Source: Callorhinchus milii
Lineage: Eukaryota
NCBI RefSeq assembly: GCF_018977255.1
Contig: NW_024704742.1
Span: 5,086,001 to 5,150,000, forward strand
DNA: 64,000 bases
Direction: 5' to 3'
Shown here: in pieces, positions 1 through 13,027 of the stretch
Layout of the letters: each line of letters begins with the position of its first letter
Position numbering within the stretch: position 1 is the first letter of the stretch
Translations under genes and position numbers: made by a program
The notes under the pieces: generated by a model
Told to the model about the DNA's origin: nothing
The model's database searches: none
Seen by the model: the letters and a program-made list of their open reading frames with translations, nothing else

Positions 1-772
1 GTGTACACTCCCTCATGAGAGGCTAGTTCGCAAAGTTAGAAGGCACAGATTTGGTTTGTGCGTGTGAGTGTGTGTGTTGGGGGTGGGTGGTGGGGGGGGG
101 GCAGTGAGTATAGTAAAGCTTCTGAAGTGGCTGAATCATAACACGCAATGGGTAATTGTATATGGAGCTTCAAGACACGAACGCCGTTAATACCGTTCAG
201 TAACACAGTATAGTTTTGAAATCGCCTCACCGAGGGGAACACCACACTTTAAACAAGTAATTTTTTTAAAAAATTCCATTCTATTCTGCTGTAAATTTCC
301 CCAAATGGAGAGTTGGATTGCATTAGGACGAGATGATACAATTTGATTACAATTGGACTGTGCCTACTTACAATTCACGTCAGAAGATCGGCCCATCTCC
401 TATGATCTTACCTTCTTTCATTTGAGGACCATCAGCAAATTCCCTATAATCCCCTCAATTATTCCCAGCCTCTTTTGTGAGGTGGTGAGTATAGGCAGAG
501 GGTTGTGACAAAAATGCAGATGATGTGGATACGATGTGATGCATATTTCTGGGAACACTGTCAAGGTCACTCCCTTTGTTTGATGAACACCAGCATGCTT
601 CATGTGTCCCTCCCATCTCAAAGGGTTGTCAAACCCTTTTGAGATGTTATCCTGACGTGAACGTAAATTATATTTGTATTTATTGCTAAATGCTGGGATC
701 ATTTGCTATTCAAACAGGAAACAGACAGTACCTGACCTCACTGCATTAGTCAGTGCGGAAGGTTGGACTTAC

Positions 773-929
773 ACTTGTTTTTCCAGTGGTGCAGTGGGGT
801 CTACTCTCTCTCCTAAAATCCCACAGAATTCCGGGCTTCCGTGTTTGATTAGAGCCGGAGGTCGTAGGTGTCTTCGTCTGTCACACAAGGGAGAAGACGA
901 CTGCTTCTTCTCAATACCGTTGAACTGAG
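773..929 (-). CDS. SHB: SHB internal coding exon (probable exon 4), 157 nt, ending just before the SH2 domain
   Basis: Acceptor ttttctccatatag|CT and donor AAGT|gtaagt; phase 1 to 2. Encodes (A)QFNGIEKKQSSSPLCDRRRHLRPPALIKHGSPEFCGILGERVDPTAPLEKQ(V). IKHGSPEFCGILGERVDP is SHB-specific as I recall it. Confidence 0.96.
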
Positions 930-974
930 CTATATGGAGAAAACAAGACAGAAAGAGCAGACTTAAAAACAAGA

Positions 975-1312
975 TAATAATATTCGTTGCATTTGGAATA
1001 GCACCTCGTCACGTTTCAATGGCTTAAAGCGCTTCATAGAGTTTTCTGTAAAGTGTAGTGACTGTATTTGTGACGTGAATGTGGCAGCTAATTTGCACAA
1101 GGCAACGTGCCGCAAACAGTCACGAAGTGAATAACCTTTGGATTTTTTGATTGTTTGCTGGGACACGGGGAGAAAATCCCTTTCTCGTTTCGAAACGTTG
1201 CCTGACCGATAGACCTCGGTTCGATGGGTTGGTTGGAAGGACGGTATCTCTGACAAGCCGTGCTCGCCCAGCACTGCATTGGAGCAGTAGCCCAGACTGT
1301 CAGCTCAAAGCT
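975..1312 (-). mobile_element. Older Deu-domain SINE, diverged
   Basis: Reverse complement of the tail and core seen in the other copies; starts about 45 nt upstream of the SHB exon acceptor at 929. Confidence 0.65.
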
Positions 1313-3059
1313 GTCCAATGATCAAGGAAGCTGTATCTCAAAATGAGCCAAATTGATCAAAGCCTGCAGGTCGGAGCCACGCACATTGAATTTTTGGCAG
1401 TATTTTGGGGAGGGTTGGGCGGGGGTGAGAAGTCCTGAAATATCAGAGGTGCCAACCCTTGGATAAAACATTCAATCAATGTCGTGTCTAGTGACACAGA
1501 TGAAGTTAAATATTTCATTGCCCTATTTTGAAGGGTGGAGAAATCGTCTAATCTCCTCGTAAAATATCCTTCCCTCACTGAGATTAACCAAAAGCATAAC
1601 ATTCTGTAATTGATCTTACTGTTGTTTGTGGGACGTTGCTGATACATATTAGTTATAGTAGAGCCAACTGGCCCATTAGCCTACATAATAAGTCACTGCA
1701 AAGTACTGCAAAGCGCAAAGTGCTTTGAAATGCAACGAGAAAAGCACCATTATTATAATACAACTCATCATTTCAATTAAAAAAAACTAAACACTGGAAA
1801 TTGACAGCAGTTCTATCAACATCTGAAAGACACTAAAAAAAGGTTAATGTTTTGGGTGTGAATCTTCATTAGGTTCTGATTTTTGGAGGGTTTATTTCAG
1901 ACTTCGTGGGTTCCCCAATTTTCTTTTTATTTCCCGTTCTAATGACTTATCCATTAATTATTTTCCCTTTCGTACAAAAAAACCCACATTTATTAGCCAT
2001 CACTGACGAGAGGTTATGTGACCACGTGTAACCTACTTAGAAACAAATTTGCAGGTTGTCGGCAATGTCGTTTGTAAATGCATTAGCACATCTGCCACAC
2101 TTAGATCTGTTCCTGATATCACTAATTGGAAGTGGCAGCTAATTAAGACGGAATAATGGGAGGACGCGGAGAGTTCGGACGTCGGCTGAATGAAAAATAC
2201 GTGGATTTCAAAATGAGATTTGGAAAAGGATTATTTAAAATATTCTATGAAGGGGTCAGTTAAGCCGGGCAGAGGGGAGAGGATTTTGATGTGAATACAT
2301 TGTTTTACAAGTCCAGGGGGCCTGCTTCAATTGGTGCGTTGCCAAAAGTAGCCTGAGGAGACATGCCATATTGGTATATGCTGACTCGGTGACATATCCA
2401 GTGGCTCCTTTCTCCACCAGCTGTTCCCCATCCTCACCATTCCTAGATGTCAATCCTGACATTTGAGGACTTATTTAAGAACCGGCTTGATGTGATAAGG
2501 GGGATAATTCTGCAAGGATGAAATCAAATGACTCGCTCCATCAAATCCTCGCCTGTGAAGAAATATGCCGTCACTACACTTATTAATCAGTGCACTTATT
2601 ATTATGCACTTATTATCAAATACCCTGGAGTGCTGTCAAATGTCTTGATGTTAAGAGGCACTGATATTAAATGCCAGGATTTTTACAGTTATTTAGAAGC
2701 AAAACGTTCAGCAAACAGCTAGGATTGTAAATGATGAGATACCAGAGTGGTCTATTGAACAGACTGTTTCTCCCTTTCTCCTCGCCTGAAAACACTGACT
2801 TGTGTTGAGGTACATTTCCAAAGGTTCTGTGTTCCTCCCTTGACCTTCTCCAAATGTCCAAGCAAGCTCGCAGTTAAGTCGAAGTGTAAGTTAAAATGAG
2901 TTGTCATTTTTCATGTTTTGGCAAATGTACAGTAACTTTTTTTAAACTACGAAATAATTTGTCAACATTTTCAGCAGTGGTGAGATTTGCATAAGAAAAC
3001 CAAATTCAGCCTATCCATTCTAAATCGCCTTCTGAAGAGAGTGGATTGCTGCTTAATCT

Positions 3060-3520
3060 ACTGACTGTCGGCACATCGAAGAGGAAGGTCTTCGGGTGCG
3101 ATTTGAAGTCAGTCAAAAAAGAAAGTAAAGTGGAGGGATTGCAGCAGGGAATTTCAGAGTTTCGGGCATACTGGCTGAAGGCACGGCCACTGATGGTGGA
3201 GAGGACAGATCGGAAAACACGCAGAAGGTCAGAGCTAGCGGAGCGAAGGGGGAGGGTAGAGGAGTGGGGTATGAGCGGGTTAGAGAGGCAGGGAGGTCGT
3301 AGAGCATGAAGTGGTGATTGTGAGGGTTCAGATATCAAATCATTCAGCGATAGAGAGCCAGTGGATACTGGCCAGGACTAGGGTTATGAGGTGCAGAGTT
3401 TGGTGATGGGTGAGGACGTGGGAGGCAGAATTTTACATCAGTCGGACTTCGTGAATGCTGGAACTGGGGAGACTGGTGAGGAGGGCATTGGAGAAGTTGA
3501 GACAAAGCCATGGATCAACA
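3060..3520 (-). mobile_element. L2-clade LINE 3' fragment
   Basis: Translates to PLRSASSDLLRV...TISGRAFSQYA...FKSHPKTFLFD, the L2 ORF2 C-terminus. Confidence 0.82.
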
Positions 3521-4039
3521 GCGTTAGGTATAGTTGGAGAACAGNAAAAAACCTGCCTATTAGATTTACTACAACACTAAATTATTACAGATCCACATGT
3601 CACTTACTACACAAGGAAACCATTTAGCTGATCAGCAAAGCTTGAATAAGACAACTATGACTATATAGCACCAGATACCTGTTTCTACAATGTCTGGAAA
3701 CAATATCCAGACTCCATGGGGCAAGCAAGATAAGATCCTCTGTACAGTATTGCAGAGATAAATCAAAAGTATACAGCTAGGATTTTGTCCAGCTTTCATT
3801 CACCAAACTAAATCCACACTTCAATCCAGATTTCTTATTCAAAAATTGCTGCAAGCAATATTAAATCAGTGTTTGTGAACTTTGGACTAATTACATGTCT
3901 CGAATAAAACTGAACATATTGCACCAATTTTGAAAAGAACAATATTCTGCTGAGCTGAGGTCACTCTTTATACTATTGTTCTCTCCCACCATGTCTGTTG
4001 TCCTCCTCAAGGTGGACATATCCTAATAGAACCCAAATG

Positions 4040-4190
4040 TTAATCCTTGCATTTGATATAGCGCCTTATCGCGCGTTGAGACGTCTCAAAGTGCTTCACA
4101 GAATATGCTGTAAAGTGAGTTGACTGTGTATTTTGTGGGTGAAACACGGCAGCCAATTGCACGCAGTCGTGGATTGAGTGACCACATTTT
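4040..4190 (-). mobile_element. Young SINE, 3' fragment
   Basis: aatccttgcatttgatatagcgccttatc...ggattgagtgacc matches the family tail. Confidence 0.85.
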
Positions 4191-4405
4191 TAGGTGGTTT
4201 TTGGCTAAAACTTGCTTTTCGGCCACAAAAAAAGACTTTTCTGCTTAGTGGAGGGTTCTATTGCAATTGGAGCAGAGCCTTAAAATGTGAACTAAGATAG
4301 TTAAAACTGAAGTCAGTACACATTTCTTCCCCCCAAAAGAGTTGTGAAGATATGGTTTGCTCCGCCTCAGAAACAGAGGTGAAATCAATGGGGATATGTA
4401 AAAGA

Positions 4406-4753
4406 GATACAAACAGATAATAATAATAATCCTTGATTTGATATAGTGTCTTATCACATCTTCTAGATATTTCAAAGCGCTTCACAGAATATACCGTAAA
4501 GTGAATTGTCCCACAAACAGTCGTGCATTGAGTGACCAAATTATTATTTCCTAATCAAAAAATTTTTTTTTGAAGGGGTTATTATCTCGGAAAAGCAATC
4601 TGCTAATCACTGACAACCGGGTTCCTACTTACCGCTAGGTAGACAGAGGCGCGTGGAGTAAGGAAACTTGCCTATAAGGTTTCGCCCCCTGCCCGGGAAT
4701 CGAACCCAGGTCCTTTCGCTTGCAAGGCAAGTGCTCTGTGCTATAGGACTCCA
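4406..4753 (-). mobile_element. Young tRNA-derived SINE, near full length with internal deletion
   Basis: Head, body and (ATT)n tail match the family. Confidence 0.9.
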
Positions 4754-4764
4754 CAATACGTAAG

Positions 4765-4905
4765 ATACTTGGGTAGCTGAGGTATTAACTGGTATGGCGA
4801 AAGGGTGGACTCTTACAATTAAAAGATCTGCCAAGATTTAATAAACCGGTGGAACAGGTTCAATGGACTGACTAAGTCTCCTCCTAGTTCCTGATTTCCT
4901 ATGTT
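4765..4905 (+). mobile_element. CR1 3' end fragment
   Basis: ggtggaacaggttcaatggactgactaagtctcctcctagttcctgatttcctatgtt. Confidence 0.55.
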
Positions 4906-5297
4906 TTGAGTGGCTGTCTGATAGACAGGAGCTAGCCGCTTCGAGCCCTGTTACTCTATTCTTATTTTGATTACAAGACAGTCAAATCCCACGTCACCTC
5001 AAGGTCTGAGTGTAAACTGTGGTCCTGCCAATTCCTCCACACAAAATGGCTGGGATTGAGTACTCCTCACATGGGGAATCTATGCGATCAGCCTAAGGCT
5101 GTCACGCTGTAATTGTGCAATCGTGTCAGGTGTAATTTTAAAGCTTGTTCGGCTCAGCGTTTACAGAGGCTATGTGCTATGCCTCGGGTGTGCACCGTAA
5201 ACCTGTCACGTATTTTAAATGAGAATTGCTAATTGAGAGAGGTAAAATATTTGTTGTGACGTTCTAAAGATTAAATCTCTTTTCATTTCAATGGGCT

Positions 5298-6880
5298 TAG
5301 AAACATGGAAACATAGAAACCAACAGTGCAGAAGGAGGCCATTTGGCCCATCAAGTCTCCGGTGGCTCATAAAACAAGGAGATCAATTCAATCCCATAGC
5401 CCCACCTTATCCCCGAACCCATTCAAGCCCCTCTCTTTTACATGCCTGCCCACTTCCCTCTTCAAAGCTACAATGGACACTGCCTCCAACACCTCAACAT
5501 CCCAACTACTCTCTGGATGAAAACGAATCCTCCTAATATCTCCTTTCGATGTTCTTGTGGAAATCTTATAACTATGTCCTCTAGTCAATGAAAATAACGT
5601 CTCCCCATTTACCCTATCAAAATCCCCTCATAATTTTGATAGCTCTATCAGGTCCCACTCGACCTTCTCTGCTCCATTGAAAACTGATCCAGCTTCTCCA
5701 ATCTCTCCTCCTAACGTCATCCCCTTCATCCCTGGAATCTTGTTCGGAAATCTTCTGTGCACCCCATCTCTAAAGTGTTAGCATCTTTCCCGAAGTGAGG
5801 TGCCCAAAACTGGATAGTACTCCAGCTGAGGTCTAACCAATGATTTGTACAAACTTAGCATTAACTTAGCAGGATCCAAAACTCTTGTCTGTCCAGCGCC
5901 TTGGGACATCCTCCCGACATGAAAGGCACTATACAAATATAATTTTGTTATTCTTGTTGTTGTTGTAATGGTTTTCTTTTGCATTTTATGCCCTTGTGTA
6001 TAAAACCCAGCTTGCTATTAGCTTTCTTTAAAGTCTTTGCCATTTGCGATGCCACTTTCAATGACTTATGTAACTTCACTCCCTACTTCTCAGGTTATCC
6101 ATCAGTAGTCTCCAGCAATCTCCCTGTTTATTGCAAGAATGTAAAGAATGCCCTGGAATTGCAGCTAAATATAAAAAAAACTCATCTATTTGCTCTGAAT
6201 GGATTTTTCCTGGACCAAAGAAAACCTCAATCCAGAAAGCAACTCCAATTACACGCCCTTGCCACATATCACTTAATACCCTGACCTAACAAATGTCATG
6301 CATTTATCTGTATTGAACTTAATTTTCCAGTTATTGGCTGATGTCCACACCCTATTCAGCTCTCTTTGTAGGACCTTTTCTGCCTCCTCCAATTCCACAG
6401 TTCCTCCAACCTGATGGGCAAAAATTTAACTATCTTACATTGGGTCTGTGAATCCAGGTCATTAATATATATGAGGAACAGGAGGGGTCCCAGTAATGAC
6501 CCCTGAGGCACGTTGCTTAATACATCTCTCCGTTTTGACCTCCCTCCCTAACAATGAGCCTCTGCTCCCTTCCCTTCAGGCAATTTTGAATCCATGTCCA
6601 CGTCGTACCCTTAATACACAAAGACAACAGTTTGTCGAGAGGTCTTTCATGTGGTACTTTGTCAAACCCCTTTTGGAAGTCTAGATGTACTACATCATTT
6701 AGCTTTCCATAGACAATTTAGGCTGTCACCTCCTCAAAGAACCCTTATGAGGTTGTCTGACAAGATCTGCCTCTGCTAAACCCATGTTAGCTGTCATTTA
6801 TTAGATTATTTCCACCCAAGAAACCTTCCATATTCTTCCTGATGATTGTCTCCACCATTTTTTCACCTACTGAGGTCAGA
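5298..6880 (-). mobile_element. CR1-clade LINE fragments, interrupted by an L2 tail at about 5890-5970
   Basis: LMLSLYKSLVRPQLEYY frame; 3' end tagaaacatggaaacatagaaac; RT-region remnants at about 6280-6880. Confidence 0.82.
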
Positions 6881-7119
6881 TCTGTGGTTGAGTAAATTGT
6901 CAACATTATCAAGACTCGTAAATTAATAAAAGCCACTTGGGCAAAATACCAGAGGTTGATTTAAGGTATTATACTCAATCAGAAGGGGGAAAAAAAGAGT
7001 GAAATTCCTTTGGAAAAGCAGAGAAAAAAAATCAATTAAAGGAAAACAAAACTGGCGGAACAATCTCCATTCTTCTCCAGCACTATTTTAATTATTGAAG
7101 TTTCAACATGGACTGACCA

Positions 7120-7560
7120 GGCTCCACTGACTCCCCATCCCACAGAGGATACAGTTCAAAATCCTGGTCCTCACCTTCAAAGCCCTCCACGGTCTTGCTC
7201 CTTCCTACCTCTGTGAGCTTCTAATGCCATATCAACCTGTTTGCTCCCTTGGCTCAGCAAGCTCCGGCCTGCCCCACCATCGGCAGTTGGGCCTTCAGAC
7301 TCTCTGCCCCCCACCCTTTGGAACTCCATCCCAGTCACCCTTCGCCTTGCTCCCTTCCCTCCCTTGCCTCCTTCAAAGCACGTATCAAGGCCCCCATTCG
7401 ACCACGCCTTCGGCCACCCTCCTACCTCTACTCTCCCTCCCTCCACACCCTCCTGATCGCAACCCCCTGCTCGGGTCCAAATCTCAGACTGCCCAGCGCC
7501 TCTGGACGTCCTCCCGACCTGAACGGCGCAATACACACATAATTTGTTGCTTTGTTGTTG
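7120..7560 (+). mobile_element. L2-clade LINE 3' fragment
   Basis: PTLWNSIP...LASFKARIK-like frames; tail cagcgcctctggacgtcctcccgacctgaacggcgcaata followed by (GTT)n. Confidence 0.85.
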
Positions 7561-9488
7561 CTCCTCATTGTGCAACGTAGTTCAACTGAGCAAGATTCCA
7601 GGAGTGCATCACCTGTGCAGATTGGGCCCAGATACCAGACTGCTACAATCACATGAATGACACGGTATTGCTTAAGATAGGTTACAAATCCCTGTTAAAC
7701 CTTTGCGTTTTAATGTAACTATTTCCTCCGAGAATAAGGGATTCTGATCATTCTCTTTTCGAATGTCCTCCGGTGTGTATTAGTCCCACAGCGCTGTATG
7801 GTGAATCAACACACACAAGCCGAGCAGGCAGAAACATTTAAATATGAAACTGTAGGGAAGGTTCTTTCAGAGAACCAGCAAAGGTACGATGGGCTGAATG
7901 ACCTTCTCCTGTGCTTGTAAATTTCTATGGTTCCAATTTTGCGAAACAAGCATAATTGTTGCAGATTTCTGAATTTCCATCAAAGGTGAAATGAATTTAA
8001 AAATAAAATTGACCGCACATTTGGCAGCCTGGTTGCAATTACCTGGGCTGATTGAAGTCGAGAAGCCCCTTTTTTCTTTTCTGAACAAGCCCATTTTCAG
8101 GTTGTACAGGAAAGACGCCACCTCAAGTGTTGTAACAGCAGGACCTTAGGAGGGGGTCCGTTGAAGCTTCAACCTATTTTTAGGGCCGATTTTACTTCAC
8201 CGAAGAAGGTGGTGACCTTAAACAGCTGGAGCCTGTTGCCCCAGGGCTATCTTATCTTATCTCTGGAAAAGGTTAAGACACGGCTTTAACCTCTGCCTGA
8301 AATGACAAGATCAGGAGCAACTCCATGTCTAAACTTCAAAATACCTCAGCTCACTGGGTGCGACTGACGGAACTGATCACAAGCACCAAAGCCTAACATT
8401 CCTGCCTTATCAGCACAAACCATCAATGACGAGGCACTTAGCAACTTGAGAAAAACATGAAAGCTGCAGAAAATCTCCTCTGGACTATCCCCGAGTACAT
8501 GTATTTTTCAATAATATCCCACCAGCCGTAAGAAAATCATTCAGTAAGTTTTGATTAATGAGTGATAAATAATAATAGTAATAATCATCATCATAATAAT
8601 AACAATAACCCCCTGGATTTGTTCTCGTGCTTTTCACATCAGGACGTCTCAACATGCTTCATGAGATTTACTCAGATTTACTTGCACGGCACTTCACGAG
8701 AGTGATTTTGTGCTGTGATGTGGATTTAATGAGAACAGTGTCAGCTGTCAAATAGTTTTCATTTTATTTCCCAGGTAATTGCTTCTCCTCCTCTGCTGGA
8801 AGCATTTTTCTTTCTTTCTAAAAGGGGATGTTTGCCTCCAGAACCTTCCCCCCAAAATGTCAGCCATTTACGTGCAAAACCGATCGCTTTTAGGAAATAA
8901 CATGATGGGATATGGTACGTAGGTAGTTCGGGACGTGTGCCCGTGCGACTGCCGGGAAGGTGGAAGGCGAACTAGATGGACCTTGGTCTTTTTTTTCCTC
9001 TAGCATTTCTTATTTTCTCATGCCTGTCGGCTGTTTGACCACAGGGTTGTTCCAGCCAGGCCTGATCCTGTCTTCACTGAGGATACACAGGTGCATCTCT
9101 ACCAGATGTTACTGCTCCCCATTTCCCCCCCGGCTTGGGCTCCTACTGCATCTTTGTAAATTGCTTTGAGGCATTCTTCTACGCGAAAGATGCTTCCAAT
9201 AATAATAATAAGCCTCGCATTTTATACAGCGGCTTTTATCATGTCGACGAGACGCACCTTCGGGCGAGCTTCTTAAGTGTTACACTCCGGTTAAAAGCAT
9301 TGCTTCTAAATTTGTGACGAGGTTTTTGCAAAGGTGCAGAAAACAACAGTGAGTTCATGCAGAACATTAGATTTGCAATATTTAATCACTGTTACATGAT
9401 GATACATAATAATAATCCCTCCGCCTCGCACACAACATTGGTTAATTAATTATCACCAATTTAATTAACACTTAACCTTAATCCTAAT

Positions 9489-9935
9489 CAACAACAACAA
9501 GTTTTATTTATATAGCGCCCCTCACACAGGGTAGCGTCCCAGAGCGCTTGACAGTGGCGGAGCACGATGCCGAGCTGGGAGGAGGGGTAGGTGCGACCTG
9601 ACGATGGGGCAGGAAGGGGCAAGGCGAGGGACGGAGGAAGAGTATTCCAGAGTTTCGGGGCATAGCGGCTGAAAGCGGAGCCACCGATGGTGGAATGGAC
9701 AGCACAAGGGACAAGCAGGAGGCTGGAACCAGTCAAGAGGAGGCATAGGGTAGTGGGTTGGGGGGGTAAGCAAGCCGGAGAGGTGCCAGGGCACCAAGGG
9801 ATTTGAAAACGAGTGAGAGGGTCTCGAAATCGATCCGTTCGGCAATAGCGAGCCAGTGGAGCCTGGCAAGGACTGGTGTGACGGGGGTAAGGAGTTTAGT
9901 ACGGGTGAGTATGCGGCCGGCGGAGTTTGTGCATG
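9489..9935 (-). mobile_element. L2-clade LINE 3' fragment
   Basis: NSAGRILTRTK...TPVLARLHWL...STIGGSAFSRYAPKLWNTLP; (GTT)n tail. Confidence 0.88.
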
Positions 9936-11482
9936 GTGCACACATACACACACACACACACATCCACACTTTTAACCAGGAGATTGATCAGCAAAGCTAA
10001 CCCTGGAATGATTTTGCTCTCCCAGGCTCTGGGGCGTTGAGGCCAAGTGAAGCACAACCATTGATGGGCCCATTTTTTTTTATTAATGAGGAGAGGATTG
10101 CACATCATCATCAATCAAATCTCGTTGTTGTCTCTCCACTTGAGATATTACTAACATTGCCAAATTAGGCCTGGGGGGGCGTCAGTGTCTGTGTGACTGG
10201 AAGTACAAGTTACCAGCAAACAATAAAGGGTGTTCTTTTGCATATGACAACAGACTATACATTAGGAAACAATAAGAAGTAGTTTAGCAATACAGGATGT
10301 TAGTCCATGAATCCACAAATACCCATAGTTTCCTGAAAGCCGAAGAGTAGTACAAGGCCACTGGCGTTCCCAGGTGGATTACAACGTCAACAACAACACT
10401 GACAGGAGTGGCGATACTGTCATTCCTGTAGAGCGAAGGAGTTTACTTCTCCATAAAATGAATGAAGGCTACCGAGTTTATAAAGCAATACAGGCTATAA
10501 TTAACTGGATGCAGCTGTGAGCTGCTTCACCGCTCAAAGCTTTCACCTCAAGCTGAAGTCAGCTGCTAAAATACTCAAACGAGCACCGCAAAAGAAACTC
10601 ACCAGCGTTCAGAGAAACACAAGCCGGGTCTTGTTCAAAGTTTTTTTTTTAATTACGTGCAACTTGCGCTACTGAAAAAAAATACAAGCTGATTCCAGGC
10701 CAAAGAACGAGCCGGGCAATTTTATTTTAGTCTAAAAAAAAGTCCTCGTTGTGAATGAACTGCACTGTGTGAGCACCGTATCACACCGATACTGAATGAC
10801 CAAAACGGCAATGCCCACTTCTCACCAACATTAATAATCCATTATCTTTAGGCAAACTCTACCAGCCAAGCAACCAGCTGCAGCTTGATATGCTAAAAAT
10901 GCCTTGAAAGTCACTTGAAGGCAAAACATCCCCGGGGAGAAATTTCTCCTACTGCTAAATTTAGAGACTTTGATGATGTGTGGCTGGAACTGGAACTGGA
11001 AAGTGCTAACTATGTAAGTGCAAACTGGCTGCCGCACTTGCCCACAAAATACACAGTCACTACGCTTCACAGTACATCCTGTGAAACGTTTCAAGACGTC
11101 CTCCTGCCGTGAAAGGCAACATACCAAGTGGTGTAGTATTATTGTAAAATGTATGGTATAAAAAATATTATTAATATTTACTGAAGGCTTCTGCCAGTTT
11201 CACTGGTGCCATGTATTCTCAGCTGGATGTTCTTGTTCAGGAATAAACAAATATCAAGTTTGATAAAGTCACCTGTACATGCGAGTGGTGATTAAAATCT
11301 GAGCGTGTCTGTCTGTCACACAATGCGGTAAAGCACACGGGAGAACAATATAAATCTCACCGCTCTGTGTCGAAAATGCAGGTTTGTAAGTTCATCTTGA
11401 AAGAGAGAGGATCAAACAGAGCAAAAGATGCTCGTGACACCGTTAAATTCAGCCGGTGTGAACTGCACCAAGTGTCATCAAC

Positions 11483-11875
11483 ACCAACATCAAATTGCGC
11501 TTGTATAGCCCTCTTCACGTCGGAAACACGTCCCAGGGCGCTGGACAGTCAGGGTTTTTTTTGGACCCGAGCTGGGAGTTGGGGTCAGGAGGGGTGGAGG
11601 GCAGGGAGGGTGGGGGTGGGACGGTGGCCAAAGGCACGGTCGAAGAGGAAGGTCTTTAGACGGGGCTTGAAGGAGGCAAGAGAGGAGACGAGGCGGAGGG
11701 TTTGCAGGATAGAGTTTCAGTGTGGGAGCGGAGATGCTGAATGCATGGTTGGGCGGGAAGTGCGGGGGAGCTGAAGCGGGCCAGTGTCCGGCGAGCAGAG
11801 CGAGCGGACGGGCTGCCATGGGGTTAGGAGGTCGGAGAAGTAGGGGGGAGCAAGACCATGATTTCAATCAGTTCT
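11483..11875 (-). mobile_element. L2-clade LINE 3' fragment
   Basis: HAFSISAPTL frame; 3' tail like the other copies. Confidence 0.8.
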
Positions 11876-12534
11876 GGCCATTCTCCACATGGCACAATGG
11901 AGTAGATTTTTTCCCAGTCTTGATTCTCAGGCAGTATAGGCACAGCTTTCTGTTCCAAATCATTACACTGTCAAGAGCGAAACACGATAAGCAATCTGAA
12001 TTACCGCAACACAAGTGATCTTATTTACTGATTCTACAACCAGATGAGTCGATAACGAACAAGATTAAATTGGTGAAAACTGGTGTAAGTATCAACTACC
12101 TCCAAGAATTGTTCCAAGTGTGGAAAGTCTGTTTGCAACCATCAGACACGTTTAAACTGAGCACTTCCCGTATCAACACATCCCACAAAACTTATGTGGG
12201 TGGTAGCTGCAACCTATTAAATATTGCTATTGTATGACTTAGGCTCAGGAGATGCCTGAAACCACCACCGACAAGAAATTGCTTTTATATAGTGGCTTTC
12301 ACGTCAAGAGAGCATCCCAGGGTTTGCACCTGAGCTGGGGGTTGGATTCGGGGTTAGGGGGGCTGGGGTAGGGGATTGGACACCAAGGGGGTGAAGGAAA
12401 GATGACCAACCTGGTAATGGTATAACAACAACGCCTGTAGTCTAACACCGAGACGTTCCAAAAAGCGACACCATCGCCCAATTCTGCACGATAACTGTAG
12501 GTGTCGGCTTTGCTTGGTTTGTGTCTCTCTTAAG

Positions 12535-12835
12535 CTCTGTGTCAGAAGATTGTGGGTTCAGGCCCCACAACTGGCTTGAGCTCACAGTATAGAGTGACAT
12601 TCCAGTGCAGTGCTGGGGGGACCCTGCACTGTCGAAAGAGGCATTAAACCCGAGTTCCCGTCTGCCTGTTCAGGTGGATGTTAAAGATCCCATGTCACTA
12701 TTTGAAAGGGGAAGGGAGATTTTCTCAGTCTCTTCACCAACAATCTTCAACAAAAACTGATCATTCACTGCATGGCTATATGTGGGACTTTGATAGTCCA
12801 AAATAGCTGCTGGTCTTTGCCTACAAAAAACCTGA
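12535..12835 (+). mobile_element. Older Deu-domain SINE (SacSINE1/AmnSINE1-like)
   Basis: ctctgtgtcagaagattgtgggttcagg...gtctgcctgttcaggtggatgttaaagatcccatgtcactatttgaa; the same core recurs at about 30330, 35015 and 59120. Family name from recall. Confidence 0.75.
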
Positions 12836-13027
12836 CAGTAATTACTGTTCAGCATTTTGATATAATAACAGTGTTTGAAAAGTCAAGTTCTTTCTTGTAA
12901 TATCTCAATCTGAAGGAGTGAGAGGAGGTTGACAACGTGTTTGATTTTAAAACTGTTCTATAATCTTTCCTAATCTCCTGTACTATTATTACTGGGTTTT
13001 CAAGTAGCATTTAGAGACATCAGTCAT

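Noticed and set aside
79..101. G-rich tracts with quadruplex potential (also near 14320, 33890, 51530)
   Set aside because: Simple G runs are frequent throughout the window and nothing sets these apart.
1..772. Searched for the next SHB exon (SH2 domain, expected WYHGAISR...)
   Set aside because: Not seen in this stretch; it should lie beyond the left edge of the window.
2577..2615. CACTTATTA repeated three times; similar micro-duplications at 26735-26790 and 29220-29251
   Set aside because: Best explained as replication slippage; no independent sign of function.
3545..3545. Single N (also at 42605)
   Set aside because: Assembly ambiguity or contig join, not biology; distances across these points may be unreliable.
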